DNA of 55,692 bases, counting the filler, from Sphacelaria rigidula (lineage: Eukaryota): the NCBI GenBank assembly GCA_964200075.2. It is 5 parts of 5 records of this genome, joined end to end, with 100 filler letters (N's around TTAATTAATTAA, not from the genome) between each part and the next. Parts side by side here need not be neighbours in the genome. Positions count along the whole stretch, not along the records: positions 22,320 to 33,378 come from CAXNAA020005462.1; positions 33,479 to 44,536 come from CAXNAA020005463.1; 3 more parts are not named here. One strand, given 5' to 3'. The first letter of the stretch is position 1. Every line of letters begins with the position of its first letter. Shown here in pieces: positions 25,406 to 38,330 of the stretch. Under the pieces are notes generated by a model. That model was not told the DNA's origin. It did not search any database and was given only the letters and a program-made list of their open reading frames with translations. Position numbers and translations under genes: made by a program.

Positions 25406-25536
25406 GTCGGGAGAGGCGTCCGACCCTACTTGAGCAAGAAGTGGCCGCCGGAGTTCTGCAAGCTGCTCACGGCGTGCTGGCACGCGGACATGAACCAGCG
25501 CCCATGCTTCAAGGAGGTCAAGGCAACGTTGGGCAG
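25406..25536 (+). CDS. Next exon of the same kinase (subdomains X-XI)
   Basis: atcag|VGRGVRPYLSKKWPPEFCKLLTACWHADMNQRPCFKEVKATLG|gtgaac, in phase with the previous exon. It could alternatively run to the TGA at 25540. Confidence 0.88.
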
Positions 25537-28500
25537 GTGAACAGCACAAGCAAGGCCATGGTACACGCTGGAAAACATATGTATAGCTGCGGGGCCCTAC
25601 AGTACTACGGTAGTCGAACGCTACATTGCGCCCGAATTCGAACCTCATTTCGTGCAAATTCCTCACTCAAAAGATAATACACTGTTGATTTTTTTGTAAA
25701 AAATTATCAGCCGTGCTTTCAATCCCTTCCCCTGCCCACTCCGGGATGGGTCTATCGTATAAAAGCTCCACGAATCCATCGACCACCTCTGCACTCGGTG
25801 CGCAACTGATCTTGTCGGATACTTTGCTATCACGGATTGGGTCGGTACTATCCCTCAACCCTTAGACTGTCGTCAAATATTGTTTACTACTGAAGTGCAC
25901 TTCCGCGGATAGATGAGCCAAGAATTCCGATTTTTTTGGGTGCAACACACTGCCAAAACCCATCAAGATTCTGAAACATGGCCCATTATACCGCCGAACA
26001 TTTATAAACAACGGTGGTCGAGTTGGATCTTGATGGGAGGTACATGGTGGGGCAGGGGACGGAGCAAGAGCGATTCCCGAGGGTGGTCTCTATCGCCAAT
26101 TTTATTCGTGTTGGCTTGTAGAAAACGAATAATGATGTGCCTGGTTTTGATAGATTCGAGTTTGGAATATTCAGGCTTAGAGATGCAGAAGAAATGAGGA
26201 AGTATTTTACTAAACGGCAGTGAAATCAACGCTTCCCCCACCCCCAAGCATGCCCACACTCACAGGTAAGGGTGTTATCTACCGTTTCGTGCTGTTACAC
26301 ACTAATGACGATGCCCTTGGTCATGTAAAATGTATCTCTAGAACGTGCAAACTTTGCCCTGCCCAGTTATTCTCCCATCCCGCCCCACCCGGGGATGGAA
26401 CCGTTTTATAACCTACCCAAATACAATATGAGGTGTCATCTATCGTTTCGGTCTGTTCCATATGAATTGCAGTACAAATTGCGATGCTCCCGAACACGCG
26501 AGAGGCATCGTTTAAACATGCTTACCTTACAGTGCTGGTTTGTATCACCTCCCCCGCCCCCCTTTCCCTCCCCGAGGAAAAAATCAGGGCGTCCCCTGTC
26601 CAATCATACCACGGTACGGACGAATCATCGCCGGTTCGCGTCACCAAATCCACTTTTTATTAGGCCTGATTGCTCGAAAGAGAGGAGAAAGTCGACCGCT
26701 GGTCAAGCAGGTCTCCACGCAACTTTTGCGCCATTCCACGGGCCTGTGCTGCGCGTACGTGGGTTGCAACGCTGAAAACAAAGCCTACGGATTGATTCGT
26801 ACGGTACGAATCAATCACACTGAAATCAAGTAATTTCCGCATGAATCATAAATTCGTCCGACCCTTGAAACATACCCCCGCGGGGGCAGGGTGTTATTCG
26901 ACGTATTAGCCAATTGCGGGCGAATGATGAATCTCATCACGTGAAGTATAGTGGTCGATCGTACATCCTCCCCAACTCAGTTATCCCTCCGATTTTCACT
27001 TACAGCATTGTATACCGGGATGAAGCCGCACCATCTCCTCCCGAAGCACCCTCAGGAACTGACATCTACCGTTAGGCCCGTTTATCACAATTGATGTTGC
27101 TGAACACGTGGGACGATCAGTAGAAAATATTCGCACCAGAATACCTCCTTCCCCCTTCCTCCTCCTCCCCGGGGATGGAATCAAAGCATCCCCTGCCCAA
27201 ACATCCTCACTGGCAGGGGTGCTGTTCAATGTACGTCAGCTGTTTGCGAGCGGACGAAACGTTTCGTCGAAACACTTGAACGGAATCACGAGCACTTCGA
27301 CATCGTATTTTACGTATCTTGAGGATACTTAGGGGCACATCATTCGTAGACGATAGTCCGAAAAGGTAAATGCCACCCTCGTTGGAGACCGCTATCGTCC
27401 CCATCTTCGCAAGTATCATCAAACGTTAGCTAATAAGGGGAAAGGTTAGCCCGCAAGTGCTTCCGGATTCGAAAAAAAATGGTCGGGACCCGTCGGTCGG
27501 ACTGCTGGAACCTCCGGTCGGCGTTTACCCCGGAGGGGTTGACCCAATCCTCGCGACAGTTGTACCTGCCCTGCCCTGCCCCCCTCCCCCCCTCTTCCCG
27601 GATTCGATGACGTAGAATCGTTTTTTTTGTTCTCTGCGCGCAATGTGCCGAATTGGCCGAATAGGGTGTATACTGTGTCATAATCCAGTAAACCGGTGGT
27701 TGGAGAGTCGATGTAGAAAGAACACCCCGGATTCGGTGTCTCCGACGAACTTCCAGTCGGAGTATGTCATTGTTTTCTCTGTTGTAGCAAGAATTGCCGT
27801 TGCCGGCGCGAGAGTTTGGCCTCATTTACCGTCAAGTGACCCTCAATTCAAGTCTTTGCATTTTCAAGAACGCAGACCAATTTTTATGCTCGGAAATACT
27901 CTCATCTGTGGGATTCGAACTCGCATCCGCCCGCCTTATCTGGCGGTGTTGTCGTAGTGGGATCGCCGCGGCGTGGCAGCAAACCGTAAGGTACAGAATT
28001 AATATAGAGACCCCATGTGTTGCCTAACCCGCTAAAAAGTCGACCCGAGATCGTTGCAAACGTCTTTTCTACGAGCGGGTCACTACTTCATCCGACTGTG
28101 GAAGGGCCGAATGACCCCCAATGAATGTTCCTTTCATCACTCTACAAGAGTCAACGCTATAAATAAAGAAGAAACCATGGTTGGTATGGATTTTTCCGCG
28201 TAAGATTCATCTTCATCCGAATGCTCTAGAACCGGCATACGCGGAAGAACGGGTCGTGTACGGCGAACTATTCCCAAGCTTGTGTCGTCGAGGCCGCAGG
28301 AATCCAAATCGATTGTGGGTACTATATTCCGGGAACATGTCTCACGAACACTATATGCGTAAGACCACTTCGTATGGCAGGCAATCCCGAATCTGGCGGG
28401 ACCCGAACCTGTGCCAAATCGGGGGGACCCAGATTCGTGAAACTCAGATTCGTGTGTACCCCTGTATGGCTTCACAGATTTGTTGAAATTACTCTGTACA

Positions 28501-29369
28501 CAAACGGTCATTTTCTGCGCGGGTGTGGTATCACAGTCAGTGAAGCCGAAGAACAGGAAGGCAGGAAATCATCCTTCAAGAGCAGCGTTGTACCGTGGTA
28601 CCCTAGGGTATAATGCAGTGCAGTACACTGCATTTTCACAGTACACGATAATGCCGTGTGGTAATACATGATGGCACAGTCGCTATTGCGAGAACAGTGC
28701 ACAGTGTGCGACGAGAGTTCACGAGTGCAATGTCATTCATCACCCTGCACCAACCGCGACAGCAAAGTGTAGGAGAGTACACTACCGTTCGTCATGATGA
28801 CACATACAGCTGCACAGTGCAGCATGAAAAATTGCCATCACCGCAAGGTACGGCGTCAACACTTCTCATCCGCTTGTCAAACCCCATGCGGCGCTGCTCC
28901 AGCAGCCGGCCCCCTGGCACTGTCTGTGCTGCCACGAGACTCCCTGCTGCTGTTGTTGCAAAAATACCAAACGCCTGTTGCCCCATCACTGTACGTCGAC
29001 ATACGTACGTCAGTTGCTACAGATTGGGGGGACCTCGATTTCCCAAGGATCTGCGCTCAGATTCGTGTAAAACCGTTCTCAAATCGTGACAGACGAATCT
29101 GAGCTTCCCCGATTTGGGCCAAATTGGGGTTCATACAAAGCGTTTTCGGACCTGAGGTTCCCTGATCTGCGTACAGATACGTTTTTTCGACTGCAGTACA
29201 AAGTGGCCTAAGAACTAGATCGTAGTCGGGCGAATCATACCAATCAAAAATACACGTGTCACCTAAAAATAACCACCTGGCTCATGTGAAATATACTATA
29301 TATATGGTACATATCTTCAAGCCTGTGTGTGGTCGGTGTTGAGATGATATTGTTCCTCATGATAACTAG

Positions 29370-29700
29370 TTTTAGATCAGTGGGTGTACTCATGATCATG
29401 CATGCCATAGTCATGAGATCATTGACCTCGCATCCCACAAATATATAAAAGAAACATGGATCATGCCGGGTTTTCGCCGGACCAGTCTCGCACTCAGTCA
29501 CCAAGCGCGAAGCGCTGTGGTGTATTCGGCGAGTCGCATGAAGGGTGAGCTACATCCTGCTNNNNNNNNNNTGTTCGACCCGAAGCCTACTGATAATCTT
29601 ACATTTGGATGACAGCCTCCAATGAGTTGCCTGTTTTTGTGGTATCGCCACTTCCAGGGAAAGCCACGGATTATACACTGCCTCATGGGTGTCTCACCAT
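29370..29700 (-). mobile_element. ~320-bp LINE-tail-related repeat (SINE-like)
   Basis: Colinear with 43225-43531 and 50484-50802. The sense 3' end is ...atcatgagtacaccc. Confidence 0.85.
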
Positions 29701-30559
29701 TCCAGATCAGTGGATGGAAACTCTTGGTGCACCAGTGTCCAGTTGCTGTATTACTCGGGAAGCACACGCCCCCGAGCTGCCACCCCACCTTTACAGCCAT
29801 TGTGAAGATAACAAAACAAGAGCACGAACAGCAGCACTTGTGGACACCACACACCAACGTAACTGCAGTGAAAGGCGTGCCTGACAAAGTGCTAGAACGA
29901 GAAAGTACAGGAACTTTGAGACCATGAGCTGCAACGTCGCGCATATGGAAACTACTGAGAACGATGTTGATGATGTTGACGTGCAAGAGGTTCACGCTGT
30001 GCAGATTGACTGCGCGCTGCATGCTCTACACATAGCTGTGACTGCAGGATTGGAGAGTCAAGTTTTCATGGGCCCTATGGGGTCAGGGTCATGGCATGAG
30101 TGGGAGGAATCCCATCTCGTCATTCGCTTGGGCACGCATTCTCGCACACAGATGGGTGTAGAACACCACCCAGTATATCGCAACTGGCTAGGTTCATCAG
30201 GCAGTCGCCCACTAGGACCAGCAACGTCATGTCCATGTTCAGCAACTCGTGGTCAATGTTGGTCAGTGGTGTGGCTTTCTTCAACTCCGACTACGTGCCT
30301 GAAGATCACTCTGATGGGTGCGACATGCTAGGTATGAAGGCCGTGGGTCTGGTACACTCTGTCCAGACCAACATATTCAACGTCAATTTTCCCCTAATTT
30401 CAAAATCTGGTAAGGGACAAAGTTAGACACACGTGTCAAATAACAATTGTGAGGCCGGCAGAGACGAGATGGATGGTGATATGGGAGAGAGCGACGCTCC
30501 CCAAATGAGGTGAATTGGTTAGTCACCGACTGCGCTCCTTACCGCCTCTTATAGTACCC

Positions 30560-31080
30560 CGTTTAAACAGCAAGTTGGCCAAGGTCGCACAGCTTACATG
30601 TTCTTTGCAGTATGTGCAGGCAGTCACGTGAAAGATCGTTGCTCTGCTGACCCGGTCATACATGGCCAGTGCGTCATCGAAAGTAAAAATCGCTTCAGAC
30701 GCCTTGGGTTCTTCCTCGGAATCGTCTGCGAGAAGACAATCGTTTTTCATCTGTGAACTCGTCCTCGACAATTGAAGGGATAAAAGGGTATTCGCTCATG
30801 ATGCGTGAGGTTGTCCTTTGTGCACATCCCCACAGAACAGAGCAGCACATGGCGGACCGCCACCGAAGCAAATGTCATGACATTAATGAGTGCCAAAAAT
30901 AACATTTGGTCGAAGATACAAGTTGGATTAAAATGCATGGTTTTCATCTATTTTGCAGTATGTACAGGCAGTCACTCGAAACATCGTGGCTCTGCCGACC
31001 TGGTCATACATGGTCAGTGCTTAGTCTAGAATAAAAATCGCTCTTCGTGCCTTGGCTTCTCCGCTGAAACCCTCGGACAC
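30560..31080. repeat. Degenerate direct repeat with period about 350 bp
   Basis: tttgcagtatgtgcaggcagtcac...ggtcatacatggccagtgc at about 30604 recurs at about 30952. Confidence 0.7.
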
Positions 31081-31881
31081 AACAGCCGAAGTTCATGTGT
31101 GGCCCCGCCCTCTGCAACTCAATACATGAAGGGTACCCGCTGTTGGAAGGCGAATTTGCCCTTTCTGCACACCCGTGCAAAACGAAGCAGCACCTGGTGG
31201 CACGCCACAAGGTGAAGTGCCGTCACAAACTACTCGCCGCAAGAGGCAAGCAGCCCAAAACGAAGCTTGTCGAACGTCGCATAGTTGGCACCCCATTCTT
31301 ATATTAGCATACACGGGTAGTTACTAAGCATTTTCTCTGGTCCACCGTAAAATAAGCCCGATTCGAGGAAAAGTGGAATATCGTGTGCTCTTCTGCAACT
31401 TTTCTGGACGTTTTTTTTTGCCGCTTTTGTAATCTCCTGGAGTGGAGCCCAAAACCGATGCCTTTGCAGCACCCTCAAGATGGATCCACGAACACCTACG
31501 GTAAGCGGAGGGTAGTCGCCGCGAAGGACACGAATCCACCGGTTGACTGCCTTCCCATCGATTTTTTGGACACCGTTTTTTCGTGGTTCTCGAGGCGTTT
31601 TGTAGAACTTCCCGAAACCAACGTTTTCGCTGAGCCGATCAACACAGCACTAATTACGCCCACAATCCTGAGTCCTGAATACGTTCACTGCCTCCAGAGA
31701 CGATGTCATGTCACCCTCGGGTCCCAAATTACTATTTTTTTTTCATGATACCAGCCATATTGCGCAGGTCTGCTGGTGGGAAATAGCGTTCAATTCACGC
31801 CCCGCATCGCATATCGTGCCAAACCTTGGCGATATCTCTTGCTCTACTTGCAAGAAATCCGTTGTATAAGGCCGGATATTG

Positions 31882-32428
31882 TGGCAAACAGATTTTGGCC
31901 CACAGATTGTTCACCTTTGGGACGTTTGACCCACCTTTTGACCCCCAAATCAAGAAAACCGCCAACACGCGTCTCGGACACTTTGCATCACCCCACAGAG
32001 ACGACGAGCCTAGTCTGCTTCTCAGATTCGCTCGGCTCCAAGGTGTCGAGATTGGCCGCTCAACAAAAATCTGTGCTTGCCGACCCCAACAGTTTGGGCA
32101 AACTGGCGGGGGTCGGCAAGCACAGATTTTAGCGCACGAATTTTTTGTTGAGCGGCCAATCTCGAAACCTTGGAGCCAAGCGAATCTGAAAACCAGACTA
32201 GGCAAACTGGCGGGGGTCGGCAAGCACAGATTTTTGCGCTGTTCTTGTTCAGCGGCCAATCTCGAAACCTCGGAGCCAACCGAATCTGAAAACCAGACTA
32301 GGCTCGTCTCTGTGGGGTGATGCAAAGTGTTCGAGACGCGTGTTGGCGGTTTTCTTGGCTCGGGGGTCAAAAGGTGGGTCAAACGTCCCAAATGTGAACA
32401 ATCCGTAGGCCGAAAATCTGTGTGCCAT
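31882..32428. mobile_element. Foldback/palindromic MITE with an internal ~100-bp duplication
   Basis: Arms tggcaaacagattttggcc... and ...ggccgaaaatctgtgtgcca. The right arm carries two copies of ggcaaactggcgggggtcggcaagcacagat. A related truncated element lies at about 51180-51490. Confidence 0.85.
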
Positions 32429-33244
32429 AGCATCCGGCCTCACCAGACCACTTTTTGTAGCGGATGCGAATACTTTCGAATGGATGTTCAAGCATTGGGG
32501 GTATCAATTAGCACCATTTCTGACCCTGGAGCACGAAATAACGCCTGCACACGTCTCAGACACTGTGCAACAGATCACCGTGAGAACTCTTGCCCCATTT
32601 TTCCAACTCGCTGGGCTTCGACGTTTCGGAATGATCACTTGCCAAAAGTCAAAACTCCAACTGGATGGGTATGGAAATATGTGGAGAGAGTATCAAAATC
32701 ACGAAACTATCGTATAATAGGTGGCATTCTGTTTCACCATGTCCAACTGGAGTTCGGCGAGTGGTCATTCGCGAAACTCCAACCCAAGAGCTTCGCGAGT
32801 TGGAATAGTGAGTTACTCCAGTCTGCTCGAAGTGACGTGATGCTTTCTGTCCGCAACACCTGCGGCGGCGACATATATTTCCTGTTTTGAGGTGAACAAC
32901 AGAACGGAGAAAAAGTCTCAGCTGTTTCAAGACGCAAATTTTTCGATTCAAATTTTCGAATGCCTGGAAACAAAGGAGCGAGCGGCCTCAGGTACCTGAA
33001 GAATATATTCTTCCTTTTCCTTCTTTTACTCCATAAATTTTAGAGTATATCGCCCGTCCTTACCTTCCCTCTGTCCGTCCCTCTGTTAGATAAGTTTTCA
33101 ATATTCCGACTGATTTCTTCCTGACCCTCAGACCGCGATGCAGGTAGTCCATTTGAATCACACTGTTTACAAATGAAATTGATGCCGATTCAGCAGGTGA
33201 CCTACCCTCGCGGTCAAACGGTGATCGAGGCACTTTTTTTCAGA

Positions 33245-33305
33245 GAGAGGGGGGGAGGGCGAGGCGTACTCATTTGTTGCATGCCTTAGTTGTTTGACCA
33301 TTGAC
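33245..33305 (-). mobile_element. Extreme 3' fragment of the LINE family with a C-rich tail
   Basis: The sense strand reads gtcaatggtcaaacaactaaggcatgcaacaaatgagtacgcctcgccctccccc. Confidence 0.85.
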
Positions 33306-33309
33306 ACGG

Positions 33310-33378
33310 AGGACGGAGGGGGGTGTACTTATGATCATGCATGCCATAGTCATCAGACCATTGAACTCGCATCCCTAC
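33310..33378 (-). mobile_element. 3' end of the ~320-bp repeat, abutting the LINE fragment and cut by the contig end
   Basis: gggggtgtacttatgatcatgcatgccatagtcatcagaccattgaactcgcatccctac. Confidence 0.85.
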
Positions 33379-33478
33379 NNNNNNNNNNNNNNNNNNNNNN
33401 NNNNNNNNNNNNNNNNNNNNNNTTAATTAATTAANNNNNNNNNNNNNNNNNNNNNNNNNNNNNNNNNNNNNNNNNNNN
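33379..33478. other. Artificial contig linker
   Basis: N44-TTAATTAATTAA-N44. Confidence 0.98.
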
Positions 33479-33479
33479 G

Positions 33480-33670
33480 ACTTCTTCTCTCTATTGCTTT
33501 GCCACAGAGGCAGTTCTATGCATCTCCTTCCTCCTCCACACGACTACTGGTATATCTCTTCCTTCTTTCTGGCAGGTCTACGTCCCCCACCCGAAATCGC
33601 AGTTTCATTTTTTCGCCGCGCCCATGGGGCCATGCAGATATGTTTTCATCCCTATCCCCTCCCTCAACCC
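33480..33670 (-). mobile_element. LINE ORF2 C-terminal fragment (same family as 13600-16903)
   Basis: Matches 16380-16570 and 48270-48460. Confidence 0.85.
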
Positions 33671-33711
33671 CACCGTTCGTCCAAAATCCCCATGTCTTCG
33701 TCTACCGTCAC

Positions 33712-33818
33712 CTCACGATGGTGTAAGCAAGACCGCTTTCAACCAGGGCCTCCTCCGCCCTCTTCTCTTCCGCTAACCCGCCAGACAGCAGGTTCATCGC
33801 TGACGCCGGCAATCCAAA
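33712..33818 (-). CDS. Exon of a Tic62-like NAD(P)-binding (atypical SDR) protein
   Basis: acacag|FGLPASAMNLLSGGLAEEKRAEEALVESGLAYTIV(R)|gtgacg resembles the Tic62 segment FGFPAAILNLF...KRKAEEAL..SGL.Y.IVRPGG. Confidence 0.9.
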
Positions 33819-34699
33819 CTGTGTGTACATGTATATTTTCCACGAGTTGTTGTCACACAAAATAAGGACAGACGTGATAAGGATGGACAAGACGAGAAAG
33901 AAGCAGGTAGAGTAAGAGGACCATAGCGAGGAAACACGATGTTCTAGAGGCTGGAGAAACGGCGGTGCCGTGAGAATCAAGACGCGAAAAAGTGGCATGC
34001 TGCCGCACCGTACTGATTGATCCTCTTGGCGGCCAGGCGGTCAAAGGTGTACCCAGTCAACGTGTCCCAAATGCGAATTCTTCATGAGCAGTAGTTCCAT
34101 GTACACATGCCCAGTACAGCAACGATGTCCCCCCAGCAACGTCCCCGAATATCTCGATGAAAAGACGCCGGATGATTCTCCCGCCGCGACCGGGTCATCA
34201 TCCACGACATCGATTGTTTCTGGCAGGCTGATTTCACTCGTTTCCGTCACTGAATTCATCTCCCGTGTTATCTGCTTAATTCTCGTTACTTGTGTTCGTT
34301 ATCGGCGGTTTGTTCTGGTTGTTTTCGAATGTGTTTATCGTGATATGGCTGTATTTCCTTCTCCATATTCTTCTCCATTTCCCAACCCTCTCTCCCTCCC
34401 TTTTTTCCTTCTTTCTTGGTTTGCCTCTACTTCTATCGACCATTGATGTCTAGAATGTATACAGTATTGGCATAATTTTGCGCTTGTGATTCCATGATCA
34501 TTTCCACTGCGTCGCAATTGCTTGTTTTCTATTCCTGACCCGAGTCTTTCCATACCGATGGCGTGTTTCTTTAGCGCGAGGAAATTTCCTACCGCAGGCA
34601 ATCACTGCTGTGGGATACTACCCGCTAGAGGAGATACTTTTTTTTGCGTGGCTACGGGAATCCTCGGTCTTTCGACCGCGGGTCGGAACAGAAGAGTTA

Positions 34700-35000
34700 A
34701 TGAAATGGTTGAAAAACAAATACATGAAGGGCGTCCGAGTGAACACGAGGAGCAAAAAGTGGAAAATTCAGGGTACGCATGGTGGAAAAAAGGAATTCAC
34801 GCTCGATCAGGGAAAAGGACGGCCGAGCTCTTCTCGCGGTCAGAACTCAGGCACGCACCGCAGGAGGGAGGTGGAATGAGAAAAAAGATGACACTGTGTG
34901 TGAGCTTCCTCTTCCTCCTGTGTGACCCCTGCCGATATATCCATACACGCCAAAAGGTATAGACTGAGGTCTAGAATAGAAGGGATGATAACACACGTAA
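34700..35000 (+). mobile_element. Degenerate SINE body/tail (family of 41258-41610)
   Basis: gcaccgcaggag...cctcctgtgtgacccc...ctagaatagaagggatgataacacac. Confidence 0.6.
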
Positions 35001-35719
35001 ATATATATATACATATATATATTCATCGATCTACTCAGGAATGAAACAGTCAGCGCCTGAGTTATCGAGTATGCTGTAAGCTAACGTCTAATCGCGATTC
35101 ATCTGCCCGTTTCTGTATATGACATATACATTAAATGAGTACGAAAACGCAATCCCAAAACGTTAACGCCTAGCTCGTGCAGCAATTATTAAACGTTGAC
35201 TCCTTCCAACTACCGTACCGTCGGCCGCGCCTTCACATCTTGGAGGGAGAGGTGAGTGCGCCGCGGGATTCATGCGAGTATTTTTGTACCACCTCCAGGT
35301 TGATTGTTGCCATTATTAATATTCTTTGACTTGGGTGATTGATTGGCGTACCTTAACTGGTGTTCTAGGAATACAACCGTCTCAGTATCCACAAGATAAA
35401 CGAACTCGTGCCCAATGCCCAAGGTAAATAAACACGGAAACACTTGCTCAAGGACACTCGCAATAATGGGGGAAACGAACATGAACACAACAGAGTAAGC
35501 TGAAACCGACTGAACAGCATGTTAGTCCTGTGCTGGTGTCACTTGAGAGAGTATTGAAAACATTTCTTTTTGTCGACGTGACCTGTCTCAGCAAGAAGCC
35601 GAGAAGCACACACACACAAACGTGCTATTATACATGCGAAGAAATTTCAAATAATTCAAGGGGAAAATATTCGTTGAGAAAACGGAGTGAAGTCCGGAGC
35701 TAACATTAACATTCCACAA

Positions 35720-36068
35720 TGATTGCGCAGCCGTCTTTTTGTCTTCACCCCGTTGAACTCGGGGAAGATACTACTCATGTTTTTCTTGGTGTCTCTCTTC
35801 TTATTTTCATTTTCGTAGCATTTTAGTTGATTGCGTTTGTTTTTGTAGTTAGGCTGGAGTAAAAAAAAATGAGGGCGGGCTCCATGTCTTTGTAAGGAAT
35901 AGCAGGGATGGTAAAAGTTGAGCCTATGTCTGTGACCATGGGTTCGAGAGATCGGACTAATGTGCGGAAATAATCACAAAAATGATAATAATGATAATAA
36001 TGAAAATAATGATAATAATGGTAATATTGAAAATAATAATAATAACAATAACAATAATAATAATAATG

Positions 36069-36135
<67 letters not shown>

Positions 36136-36142
36136 TAATAAT
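35720..36142 (+). mobile_element. Retroposon 3' end with a long (AAT)n tail
   Basis: tgtgaccatgggttcgagagatcggactaatgtgcggaaat (also at about 23771-23815) runs directly into about 160 bp of AAT repeats. Confidence 0.6.
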
Positions 36143-36155
36143 AAACTTCACGTAC

Positions 36156-36254
36156 CTTTCCACCGCTCGGCCTGGCCGAGACGAGAACGAGATGTTTCAC
36201 CGATCCCGTCTCTTTCGCCGCCTGCACCACATTCGCAGACAGCTGTCCGTCCAC
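36156..36254 (-). CDS. Exon of the Tic62-like protein
   Basis: ccccag|VDGQLSANVVQAAKETGSVKHLVLVSARPSGGK|gtacgt; 99 bp, phase 0 at both ends, in frame with its neighbours. Confidence 0.9.
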
Positions 36255-36601
36255 CTGGGGTAATGTAGGAGAACAGGAAGGCAATGAATGGGACGTCAAA
36301 ATACCTGAAAAAACGCCACGAGACATAGTAGACATAGTAGAGCAGTGGGATCTATCGCTTCGGAAGGGTGTGATCGATGCAAGCACAGTTGTACATGTGC
36401 CGGGGCGGAGGGAGAGGAGGGGGAACAATGGACCCCAAGTGCTATGTCACTGGGCAAATAAACGGACTGACTGCTGTACTGTGCTCGGGTTAACTGATCA
36501 ATTGATTGTTAGATAGATTATTGATTGACGCACACTAACCTGGCCAGAACCTCGGTACTACGCCGAACGTGTCAAGGCTTTACCTCACGAGGGGGGGTAT
36601 A

Positions 36602-36807
36602 TCCATGGTTGACACGTTCTTGAACCCTCGGGTAAGGCGGGTGCAAGGGGTGTCCTCGGCCACGTGCGCGTCGGCAGACCTCAAATATACGCCAATTTGG
36701 ACAAAAGCGTTTCTTTGCGCCCCCTAGTAAGCACTTGGGACGGTCAGCCCCACTGAAGATTCGAATATCGGTGTTTACACTGAAATCAAGGAATTATCAA
36801 CCATGGA
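36602..36807. mobile_element. MITE with TCCATGGTTGA TIRs and TA TSD
   Basis: ta-tccatggttga...tcaaccatgga-ta. The internal sequence is the reverse complement of part of 55081-55348. Confidence 0.75.
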
Positions 36808-37594
36808 TAGAATGGTGCCCCAAGTACGGCAAACCGTGCTGTACCTAACAAGCAGCAGCGACAACGACAGCAGCAGCAGTAGCCAGGACGATGACGCCAA
36901 CGAAAACAAATCTGAGCGATAGCATGTACACTGTACCACAGCTATAAGGCCATAGCTCAAGGGCGCACTGGATACTTATTCTTCCGTATCCCCAACAAAC
37001 AGCACTACAAATTCCACGAAAAAATCCAACTCCAGCATCGCAATTGAAAAAAGTACTTTCCCTAAGCAATGAATGTTTGGATTCCAAAAGCGAACCTTCC
37101 GCCTGTGGTATTGAAGGGGTGATACACAACGTACCACAATACAGTACTTGGGGTGCTGGCATTGCCCCAACAACAGTCGAGATCCATCTCCCGCGGGTGC
37201 CAAGCAAGCCACCATTGCTGCACATGGTACTGGTATGACGCCGTGTAGCCAACAGAATCCAACCTCAAGCCATTCCCCGACTCCTGCACGACTTACGACT
37301 ACGGTATGCAAGATCATGAGTACACCTCCACGACCAACGTTTCAGTCCCCGTTTTGCACTCGAAAAACCGACAAACCTTGGGTTGTGTCCCGCTGTCTGC
37401 TAAGATATACCCTAAACTCTGACCTGAAACCTCTCCACTCCGACCTTAAATCTCAGCTAAACCCGCCCCAGACACAGGAAGAAAAAAAGGTTGATACAAG
37501 CATGAATTCATGCAGGGTAAAAAGGTGGAACCATGGGTTCGCCTGGTCTCATGATATGACACATCTAACCTTGGATATCGCTAGTGAGAAATAA

Positions 37595-37916
37595 AAGGTA
37601 CCCGGTCTGCCACCCGAAGGGAAACATCAGTGGCAGTTCGGTTAAAGTAGAGTAAGCGGAACGTGCTAGGGCCGAAGCAGCTCATGAGAGTAGGCCGGTG
37701 TGTGCACTAGGCCAAATGGACACGGGGTTTGAGTGGGGTCAACTCAAACACTGCGTTGAGCAAAGCTTTCCGAACGCTCGAGGGGCTTACCCCACATGAC
37801 TGCCGTCAGGCGATCTAACCGAGCCTCCGGGTGATCGGCGCACAAACCTGCTTGTGAGGTAAGAGTTGGGGGAGGTTTCCTCCTTCCTTCAATGACAAAA
37901 ACACACACACACACAC
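37595..37916 (+). mobile_element. Probable SINE-like repeat with a (CA)n tail
   Basis: GC-rich body ending tccttccttcaatgacaaaaacacacacacacacac. Single copy in this window. Confidence 0.35.
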
Positions 37917-38330
37917 GGCAGAATGCCCCTTGGGGTCCGCACACTGTACCGCAGGTTTAATCCTGAGTGCAATCGGCAGAGGATAGATACCCCGGCGGGG
38001 TATTTGATGGATGGATCGATTGATTGATAGGTCGCTGCACTGTGATTGATTCCCCAGGAGTCATGATCCAGCTGCGGTGCGGTCATTTTCCACATAATGG
38101 ACGTACCAGAGACAAGAACAAAACTGAAAAACTCGCTGGACGAAAACGAAGAAAAAACAGAAAAGGTAAATCAGGCCGGCACGGGTACTACGTAATAGTC
38201 AGAATGTCGGCAGTCTATACTCCGCCATACTCGGTGGGCTGGCGACTCGCATATCTTGAGGTATGCTATCTAACAAGTGATGCAATCTTTGGCGCCGCAC
38301 AAAACCCACTAAGGGTGAATGGACAGAGTA

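Noticed and set aside
33310-33378. The end of contig 3 appears to continue into the start of contig 2 (11161)
   Set aside because: Both break inside the same high-copy repeat, so adjacency cannot be inferred.
35823-36428. Poly-Tyr/Ile/Asn ORFs
   Set aside because: Translations of the (AAT)n tract; only 36156-36254 is exonic.
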